Made by a program: the position numbers and the translations under genes
Shown: piece by piece, positions 9,009 to 15,299 of the stretch
How positions within the stretch are numbered: position 1 is the stretch's first letter
Layout of the letters: each line of letters opens with the position of its first letter
Source: an uncultured Opitutales bacterium
Lineage (GTDB): Bacteria > Verrucomicrobiota > Verrucomicrobiia > Opitutales > Intestinicryptomonadaceae
Length of the DNA: 32,000 bases
Direction: 5' to 3'
NCBI GenBank assembly: GCA_934613415.1
Contig: CAKTSY010000006.1
Span: forward strand, 30,001 to 62,000
The notes under the pieces: generated by a model
The model's input: the letters and a program-made list of their open reading frames with translations, nothing else
Databases searched by the model: none
Told to the model about the DNA's origin: nothing

Positions 9009-9302
9009 CTATGCTAACTGAATGCTTTCGCCTTTGGCCAATGTAACAATGGCTTTCTTCATGCGGCCTGTTACGCCAACACTGCCTCTCTTTATGCGAG
9101 AAAGCTTTACTTTGCCTTTTACATTTACCGTGTTTACATTCTTTACCTTAACGCCGTAAAACTTTTCAACGGCCGCAGCAATTTCGGTTGCGGTTGCGTC
9201 TTTGGCTACTTCGAAGGTGTATTTGTTTTCGTTAGACTGAAGCAAGCTTGCCTTTTCGGTAAGTCTGTAAGCCTTAAGAATTGTTTCGGGAGATACTGTC
9301 AT
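9009..9302 (-). CDS. rplW: 50S ribosomal protein L23
   Basis: 97 aa containing KYTFEVAKDATATEIAAAVEKFYGVKVKNVNTVNVKGK. Confidence 0.94.
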   Translation of the reverse strand: MTVSPETILKAYRLTEKASLLQSNENKYTFEVAKDATATEIAAAVEKFYGVKVKNVNTVNVKGKVKLSRIKRGSVGVTGRMKKAIVTLAKGESIQLA

Positions 9303-9314
9303 TTTCGCTACTCC

Positions 9315-9941
9315 TTACTTGTTGTTTGCGCGAGCCAAAATGGTGTTTAACGCATTTTCGCTTGCAATTATGCTGTTGAATGTAACCAATTCCATCGCGC
9401 TGATTGTGTCGGATTCGCAAAGATATACTCTTGCGATGTTGCGGCTGGAGAGAATTACATTGTCGGCGAATGTGTCGTCGATAATCAAAACCTTGCCATT
9501 GGGGCTGATTTTGTCGATTACCGAAACCATGGCTTTTGTTTTTGCCGCGGCGTCGTCGAACTTTTCTATTACGTTAAGACCGCCTTCGGAAACTTTGTCG
9601 AACAAAGCTCTTGCCAAAGCAAGCTTCTTAACCTTCTTGTTAATTTTAAGAGACCAGTCGAAGGGTTTCGGACCAAACACAACAGCACCGCCGCGGTGAA
9701 TGGGGCTCTTTGTAGTACCCTGACGACCACGACCCGTACCCTTCTGTTTGAAAGGTTTCTTGCTAGTGCCGCCAACATGACCGTAGTCGAGTGTAGAAGC
9801 GTTGCCCTGTCTTGCATTGGCCTGGTAGGCTACTATTGTTTCCTTTAACGCGAAAAGACCTTTGTCTCCTTCAAATGCAGGAATGTCGAAATCCTTTTCA
9901 ACAAAACTGCTAGCGTCTGATTTGTAAAGCTTAAGTTTCAT
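9315..9941 (-). CDS. rplD: 50S ribosomal protein L4
   Basis: 208 aa containing KKPFKQKGTGRGRQGTTKSPIHRGGAVVFGP. Confidence 0.95.
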   Translation of the reverse strand: MKLKLYKSDASSFVEKDFDIPAFEGDKGLFALKETIVAYQANARQGNASTLDYGHVGGTSKKPFKQKGTGRGRQGTTKSPIHRGGAVVFGPKPFDWSLKINKKVKKLALARALFDKVSEGGLNVIEKFDDAAAKTKAMVSVIDKISPNGKVLIIDDTFADNVILSSRNIARVYLCESDTISAMELVTFNSIIASENALNTILARANNK

Positions 9942-9954
9942 TTAAAAAGACTCC

Positions 9955-10584
9955 TTATTTTGCTTTTTTTGCTGTGCGAACAAAAACGGTTTCGCCCTTA
10001 GAACCGGGAACGCTTCCCTTGATGAGAAGAATGTTTTTGTCTTCCAATACCTTAACAACCGTAAGATTCTGGGTTGTTCTGCGAACTTGGCCCATATGAC
10101 CAGGCATCTTTCTGCCCTTGTAAACGTGGCCGGGAGTTTGACGGCAACCAACGGAACCTGTTCTGCGGTGCATCATGTGACCGTGGGTTTCGGGCTGACC
10201 TTCAAATCCGTAGCGTTTCATTGCGCCCTGGAAGCCCTTACCTTTTGTCAAGCCGATAATATCAACCTTTTGACCAGCTGCGAATTTCGAGGCGGTAAGA
10301 ACGTCGCCAACTTTATATTCGCCTTCGGGAGAACGGAATTCAACCAATTCGGTTACAGGTTCTGCGCCTGCTTTTTTTAAGTGCCCGAGCTCGGCTTTCG
10401 ACATACGAGATTCTTTTTGCGCGCCAAAACCGATTTGAACTGCGCTATAGCCGTCGCTCTGAGCAGATTTTACTTGTGTAACGGGGCAGGGACCTGCTTG
10501 AACAACAGTCACTGCAACGAGAACGTTATCCCCGTCGAAAACTTGGGTCATACCCAATTTTTTACCTATAAGTACTAAGCTCAT
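9955..10584 (-). CDS. rplC: 50S ribosomal protein L3 (first gene of the cluster in this window)
   Basis: 209 aa containing KKLGMTQVFDGDN and KGKGFQGAMKRYGFEGQPETHG. Confidence 0.96.
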   Translation of the reverse strand: MSLVLIGKKLGMTQVFDGDNVLVAVTVVQAGPCPVTQVKSAQSDGYSAVQIGFGAQKESRMSKAELGHLKKAGAEPVTELVEFRSPEGEYKVGDVLTASKFAAGQKVDIIGLTKGKGFQGAMKRYGFEGQPETHGHMMHRRTGSVGCRQTPGHVYKGRKMPGHMGQVRRTTQNLTVVKVLEDKNILLIKGSVPGSKGETVFVRTAKKAK

Positions 10585-10596
10585 TTTTTCTAAGAG

Positions 10597-10641
10597 GCAG
10601 GCGGTAATTCGGCTTTTTAAGCCAATTCACTTTATACCTGC
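10597..10641 (-). promoter_or_regulatory. composite stem-loop in the rplC 5' leader (candidate autoregulatory r-protein leader)
   Basis: Outer stem is 10597-10601 (GCAGG) paired with 10637-10641 (CCTGC). Inner stem pairs 10606-10609 and 10611-10615 with 10619-10627, with C10610 bulged and a 3-nt loop. The structure ends 12 nt upstream of the rplC ATG, which has no Shine-Dalgarno sequence. Pairings were checked by hand only. Confidence 0.35.
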
Positions 10642-10756
10642 GTTAGTGTTAATATTGTTTGTTTATGCTTTTTCTCTAATGAAGAAAGTTCTAAATACTG
10701 CCCTTTTAATATTTAAAGTCAACAACTTTTTAAAAAATTTTTAACTTTTTTATAAG

Positions 10757-10910
10757 TTTTTTGCAAAAATTTTTTAATTTTTTGCAAAAATCGGGCGTTT
10801 TTTGTAAAAAAATTTCGCCGATGGCAAAAAAATTTTAGTTTTTTTACAAAAAAAGCGTCTTTTTGGCGTCTTTTTATAAAATTTTTTACAATTTAAGAAA
10901 AAATTTTGCC
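10757..10910. repeat. phased array of T-run/GC/A-run dyads (consensus TTTTTTGCAAAAA), period ~21 bp
   Basis: Dyad centres fall at 10763/4 and 10784/5 (identical 13-mers TTTTTTGCAAAAA), 10804/5 (TTTTTTGTAAAAAAA), 10824/5 (half site GGCAAAAAAA), 10846/7 (TTTTTTTACAAAAAAA), 10866/7 (half site TTTTTGGC), 10888/9 (TTTTTTACAA) and 10908/9 (TTTTGCC). Spacings are 21, 20, 20, 22, 20, 22 and 20 bp. Confidence 0.8.
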
Positions 10911-11056
10911 CTTTTACCCCGCCCCAAGAAAAATTTTTAAGAATTAACTGCATTTTTTATCTTTATTGATAAAAATTTTTAAGCGGCGCACTTGTTTGAA
11001 AAATGCAATTTTTGCAGTTTTGGCAAAAAACTTTACCGCAATTTGCCAACATATGC

Positions 11057-11094
11057 AAAAAAAACGCCCCTTTTTGCAAAAAGCAAAAGGGGCG
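11057..11094 (-). terminator. intrinsic terminator downstream of the sugar kinase gene (symmetric, possibly bidirectional)
   Basis: Stem CGCCCCTTTTTGC (11065-11077) pairs with GCAAAAGGGGCG (11083-11094). The A8 run at 11057-11064 becomes a U-run after the hairpin on the minus-strand RNA. It lies 53 nt past the stop codon at 11147. Confidence 0.75.
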
Positions 11095-11146
11095 CGGAGT
11101 GTTGTTTTTTATATACTATATATATGATGAGAAAGTTTTGCGAAAA

Positions 11147-12238
11147 TTAGCGGTCTACGCGGGCCGAACCGCCGCCTGCCAACTTTTCCACTTCCTTTAG
11201 GCGAGCCATAGAAGTATCGCCGGGGGTTGTCATTGCCAATGCGCCGTGGGCTGCGCCAAAGTTTACCGCCTTTTGGGGGTCGCCCAATTCCATAAGCCCG
11301 TAAACAAAGCCGCTAGCAAAAGAATCGCCGCCACCTACTCTGTCGAAAATCTCCAATCCTGGGAATTTTTTTGATTCGTAGAACTTGCCGTCTTTCCAGC
11401 AAACTGCCGACCAATCGTTAATGGTTGCGGTTTTTACGTCTCTTAAAGTTGTGGCAACCGCCTTAAAATTGGGATATGCCTTTACAACCGTTTCAATCAT
11501 TTTCTTGAAAGATTCAACCTGAATGTTGCCGATTTCTTTGGTAACGCCTTCAACCTCAAAGCCCAAGCAGGCGGTAAAGTCTTCTTCATTGCCAATCATA
11601 ACGTCTACATACTGGGCAATTTGCTTGTTTACAGCCCTGCACTTTTCCAAACCGCCAATGCTCTTCCACAACGAAGGCCTGTAGTTTAGGTCGTACGAAA
11701 CAATTGTACCGTATTCTTTTGCCTTTTTAACGGCTTGTATAACCAAATTATACGAATTTTCGCTTAAAGATGCAAAAATGCCGCCAGTGTGCAACCAGCG
11801 AACGCCCAATTTGCCGAAAATATAGTCGAAGTCGAAATCGCCCACCTTCATTTGCGAAGCCGCCGACAAACCTCTGTCGGAGCAGCCAACCGCGCCTCTA
11901 ACGCCGTAGCCGCGCTCGGTAAAATTCAAGCCGTTTCTTACAGTGCGTCCTATGCCGTCGAAGGGAACCCACTTTATAAGTGAAGTGTCTACCCCGCCTT
12001 GACATACAAAATCTTCAAGCAAATAGCCAACTTCGTTTTCGGCAAAAGCGGTAAGCACGCCTGCCCTAAGGCCAAAACACTTTTTAAGACCTCTGGCTAC
12101 GTTGTATTCGCCGCCGCCTTCCCATACTTTAAACGAGCGTGCGGTTCTAATTCTGCCTTCGCCTGGGTCTAACCTAAGCATAATTTCGCCAAGCGACAAT
12201 ATATCGTAGGCGCAGTCTTTTTTGTCTTTAATATTCAT
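11147..12238 (-). CDS. kdgK: PfkB-family sugar kinase, probably 2-dehydro-3-deoxygluconokinase
   Basis: 363 aa. N-terminal GEIMLRLDP and the C-terminal PfkB signature DRVGGGDSFASGFVYGL followed by GAAHGALAMTTPGD. The family assignment is firm. The KdgK substrate call comes from remembered similarity only. Confidence 0.6.
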   Translation of the reverse strand: MNIKDKKDCAYDILSLGEIMLRLDPGEGRIRTARSFKVWEGGGEYNVARGLKKCFGLRAGVLTAFAENEVGYLLEDFVCQGGVDTSLIKWVPFDGIGRTVRNGLNFTERGYGVRGAVGCSDRGLSAASQMKVGDFDFDYIFGKLGVRWLHTGGIFASLSENSYNLVIQAVKKAKEYGTIVSYDLNYRPSLWKSIGGLEKCRAVNKQIAQYVDVMIGNEEDFTACLGFEVEGVTKEIGNIQVESFKKMIETVVKAYPNFKAVATTLRDVKTATINDWSAVCWKDGKFYESKKFPGLEIFDRVGGGDSFASGFVYGLMELGDPQKAVNFGAAHGALAMTTPGDTSMARLKEVEKLAGGGSARVDR

Positions 12239-12350
12239 AATTGTGTATGTTTGGTAAAGTTTGCCGCCTTTTTGCCATTTTGCAAATAAATTTTGCGCGC
12301 AACGCCTATTTTTTTAATATTAACTTGGCTATATGCGCCGCGCGCTTTTG

Positions 12351-14255
12351 CTACTTTTTAGCCTCGCGCAATTTTTGGCACTTTAAAACCGCCTGCATAA
12401 AGTCGGTATAATACGTTGCGCTTTCGGCTTTTGTTAGCGGAACGCTTGTCGGCTTTCCGCTCGTTAGTTCTTTATGCAAAAAGTCCAAAGCCTCTTTGCC
12501 GTCTAAAGCGCCTACTATGCCGTAAAAATTTTTGCCGTTAAACAAAGCGCAACCTTCTAAATTGCCGCCCGAAACCCCGTATACGTTGCCCGAAAGGGGG
12601 TATAATTCGGCAAAATTTTCCTTTATTAAGCCTGAAGGATACAAAACCGAGGCCGTTTTTGCAGTAGGTGCCATAGCCAATTCAAGCTCGGGCGACATTT
12701 TTGCCATTTGTTGCGGTATTTCTATTAAAACATAATCGAAATTTTCGCCGCAAAGCCAAAGTTTTGTTGCCTTAAACGAAAGCGTTTTTGCCGTGCACTG
12801 CCTCCTTGCCAAAACCGAAAGCGAATATACGCCACCCTTGCCTATTTCGCGCCAATCTAGACCGAGAGATTTAAAGGAAACCACAATATAAGACTTTTGC
12901 CCGAACCTTACCGAAATTGCGCTTGTTTTTTTCGACATAGACTCGTTTAAAAAGTGGTCTTCTAAAATATCTATTTGCACGCTCCAGGGCGACTGCCCCG
13001 AAAACGCCAAAGCCGAAACCGCTTCGGCCGAATTTTGCTGCGGCTTTTTTAAGTATGCAAAAAGCAACACAATTGCCCCCGCAAAAAATATCGCACAAAA
13101 GACATAAATAACCGCCATTCTCGAAAAAGTTTTAGACTTTTTGCCGTTTTCGTCTTTAAGGCTTTCCGCCAAATATTTCCGCGGCAGCAGCACAAAAGAA
13201 AGTATTAGCGACAAAACAAAGAATGCCCCCCAGCGGAAAAATTCGCCATACCTAAAAACTGCGTAGGCAAGCTGGTCTTTTACATACCCTTTTAACGCCG
13301 AAAACGATTTTACCGAATTTTTTGCAAAAAGCGAAAAAGCCTTTGGGTGTCGGGCGGCTAAAGCCATTGCCGCAGGCCCTTTGCGAAGCGCGCCGTAAGC
13401 GGCGTCCATTCCCTTTTGCCCGTTTTTTGCAACAAAATCGAAAACCTCCTGCGAATAGTCTCCCCCCAAAGCCAGAACTTTTTCAAGCTTCTTTGCGTTT
13501 GTCGGGTTTTGCTTAAGCAATTGCGTAAAATATTTTACCGCCGCCATATCTTTGGCGTTTTTCATCACTAGCGAAAACTGCCCAAAGCTGTGCGAATTTT
13601 TCCATAAATCCGAAACGGGAGCAATGCCCTCTTTTACCATATTTGCGGCTTCGGCTTTTGGAGCTTTTAAGGCGGTTTTTACCGTATTTTGAAAAGCATC
13701 GCACAAGGGTTTCGACAAACTGCCCGTTTTTTTAAGCACCTTTAACGCCGATGCCGAAACGTCGGCAGGCGGACATGCCGAAGTTAAAAGCCCTATAGAC
13801 GAAAACGCCACAACAAAAGAATCGGTTTCGTCTTCAAAAAACGACTCTCTTACAATGTCGCGTATGTCGCCGTATATAAGTAAGTCGCCCAAAACCGAGC
13901 CCGAAAGCGAATCTATGCCGTAGGCTTTGCCGGTAATAAAGCCCTTGCCTATGGCAATAACCCTGCCTTTTGCGCTTTTGCGGTCGGCAATCTGCTTTAA
14001 GTAGTTGTTATATAGCTCTCCGCAGGCGGCAGAATCGCCCAAATTGTTTTCCACAACATATTCTAAAGCGGCCAATGCGGCAAAATCGTTTCCGTGCTCC
14101 CACTGCTTTTTTGCGTACGAGTAATAATCAAAATCGGGCAAGTTTTCGTTTTCGGCAAGCTTGTTTATGTTTTGTACACCGCAAAGCAAATACATCAATA
14201 CGGCCACAATCGCGACAACCGCAAGCCTAAACAAAAACTTTATGCGCCTTAACAT
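12351..14255 (-). CDS. hypothetical membrane protein (634 aa, 3 predicted TM helices) with a trypsin/HtrA-like C-terminal domain
   Basis: Hydrophobic segments are LAVVAIVAVLMYLLCGV (N-terminal), WGAFFVLSLILSFVLLP and MAVIYVFCAIFFAGAIVLLFAYL (mid-protein). The C-terminal blocks FDYVLIEIP and GVSGGNLEGCALFNGKNFYGIVGA resemble the Asp and GxSGG..G..GI regions of S1/HtrA peptidases. I found no canonical His block. Starts 7 nt after the pssA stop. Confidence 0.55.
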   Translation of the reverse strand: MLRRIKFLFRLAVVAIVAVLMYLLCGVQNINKLAENENLPDFDYYSYAKKQWEHGNDFAALAALEYVVENNLGDSAACGELYNNYLKQIADRKSAKGRVIAIGKGFITGKAYGIDSLSGSVLGDLLIYGDIRDIVRESFFEDETDSFVVAFSSIGLLTSACPPADVSASALKVLKKTGSLSKPLCDAFQNTVKTALKAPKAEAANMVKEGIAPVSDLWKNSHSFGQFSLVMKNAKDMAAVKYFTQLLKQNPTNAKKLEKVLALGGDYSQEVFDFVAKNGQKGMDAAYGALRKGPAAMALAARHPKAFSLFAKNSVKSFSALKGYVKDQLAYAVFRYGEFFRWGAFFVLSLILSFVLLPRKYLAESLKDENGKKSKTFSRMAVIYVFCAIFFAGAIVLLFAYLKKPQQNSAEAVSALAFSGQSPWSVQIDILEDHFLNESMSKKTSAISVRFGQKSYIVVSFKSLGLDWREIGKGGVYSLSVLARRQCTAKTLSFKATKLWLCGENFDYVLIEIPQQMAKMSPELELAMAPTAKTASVLYPSGLIKENFAELYPLSGNVYGVSGGNLEGCALFNGKNFYGIVGALDGKEALDFLHKELTSGKPTSVPLTKAESATYYTDFMQAVLKCQKLREAKK

Positions 14256-14262
14256 ATTTGCA

Positions 14263-15165
14263 CTATTTGCCCGAACGCTTTTTTAGGTAGCGCAAAATTT
14301 TTACCATTCGCGGCATATATTTTGCGGGCGAATAGAACGCATAGCTTAAAAAGATTATGCTAAAGCTATATTCTTTAAAGTATACAATTAAAAATATGCA
14401 CGCAATTATAACAACAAAGGTTCTAAACTTTGCGCTTGTGTTCCAATTTATGTGCTTGAAAGTGGGATACGGAATGCTGCTTACCATAAACCACGCAATA
14501 AGCAACATTAGTGGAATTAAAAATATTGTGTAGAATTTTAGATTAAGCGTAAAAAGCGTAAGCGCAATAGAGGCAACCACGCCTGCCGCCGCGGGGGCTG
14601 GCAAACCGCTAAAGTCGCCCTTTTCGTACTTTTCGTGCCCCATAATGTAGGGGTTTGTAAGCACGTTAAAGCGCGCAAGCCTTACGCAAGCGCAAAGCAG
14701 ATATATAAAGCCCACAAAAAAGCCCACGCTGCCCATATATGCCTGCAAAAATTCGGGCAATTCGCTTACGGGCTTAAGCACTATAAATATCATAAGCAAA
14801 GAGGGAGCCACTCCAAACGAAACCGTGTCGGCAATAGAGTCGAACTCTTTGCCGAAAAGCGAAGACTTGCCCGAAGCTCTGGCTGCCCTGCCGTCGAGAC
14901 AGTCGCAAAATACCGAAAGCAAAATGCACAAAATCGCCAAAAGGTAGTAGCTTTGGCTTAGGTCGGCGTTAAGCGAAAGCGAGGGGGCTAGCATATTCGA
15001 CAGCTTGTGAAAGCCCGAGCCTTCTATGGGGCTAAACCTACCCAAAATACACAACACCATAGAGGAAAATCCGAAAAACAAATTCCCCGCCGTAAAGAAA
15101 TTGGGCAAGAGATAAATCTTGCTCGCCTGATGAACATTGCTCCAAAGAGTATTTTTTTCGCCCAT
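14263..15165 (-). CDS. pssA: CDP-diacylglycerol--serine O-phosphatidyltransferase (CDP-alcohol phosphatidyltransferase family)
   Basis: 300 aa and polytopic. Motif DCLDGRAARASGKSSLFGKEFDSIADTVS matches D-G-x2-A-R-x8-G-x3-D-x3-D. The N-terminal LLPNFFTAGNLFFG is typical of PssA. Confidence 0.8.
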   Translation of the reverse strand: MGEKNTLWSNVHQASKIYLLPNFFTAGNLFFGFSSMVLCILGRFSPIEGSGFHKLSNMLAPSLSLNADLSQSYYLLAILCILLSVFCDCLDGRAARASGKSSLFGKEFDSIADTVSFGVAPSLLMIFIVLKPVSELPEFLQAYMGSVGFFVGFIYLLCACVRLARFNVLTNPYIMGHEKYEKGDFSGLPAPAAAGVVASIALTLFTLNLKFYTIFLIPLMLLIAWFMVSSIPYPTFKHINWNTSAKFRTFVVIIACIFLIVYFKEYSFSIIFLSYAFYSPAKYMPRMVKILRYLKKRSGK

Positions 15166-15247
15166 ATTGTATGTTTTGTTTTATCGTTTGCATAATGAAG
15201 CCTTTGCACGTTTAGTCAAGCCGAACCGAAACGGCAAAGGTTTGCGC

Positions 15248-15273
15248 AAAAAACAAAAGCCCCTTTTAGGGGC
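15248..15273 (-). terminator. probable intrinsic terminator after the 1062-aa glycosidase-like gene
   Basis: GC-rich 6-bp stem pairs 15259-15264 (GCCCCT) with 15268-15273 (AGGGGC), with imperfect outer extension. The A-rich run at 15248-15258 gives a U-tract on the minus-strand RNA. It lies 27 nt past the stop codon at 15300. Confidence 0.5.
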
Positions 15274-15299
15274 CCTTGTTTTGCAAAAATGCCTACAAA

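Noticed and set aside
10692-10722. Candidate sigma-70-type promoter for rplC on the minus strand: TTGACT (10722-10717) and TATTTA (10697-10692).
   Set aside because: The spacer is 19 nt, and 17-18-nt spacings give poor -10 hexamers (AGTATT, GTATTT). This is too weak to list as a feature, so I mention it only in the findings.
10757-10910. Whether the regularly spaced repeats could be a CRISPR array or a minisatellite.
   Set aside because: The repeat units are 10-16-nt AT palindromes with 5-10-nt spacers, far below CRISPR dimensions. There are no cas genes. The copies are degenerate dyads rather than head-to-tail unit copies.
10585-11146. Whether the large AT-rich spacer could be a replication origin.
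   Set aside because: I found no TTATCCACA-like DnaA boxes by eye, and there is no dnaA or dnaN nearby. The ribosomal-operon upstream context is explanation enough. A genome-wide GC-skew analysis would be needed to exclude it formally.
11003-11200. 65-aa plus-strand ORF in the AT-rich spacer.
   Set aside because: It reads through the terminator hairpin and into the 3' end of the kinase gene. The peptide is low-complexity (rich in F, K and Q) and has no ribosome-binding site.
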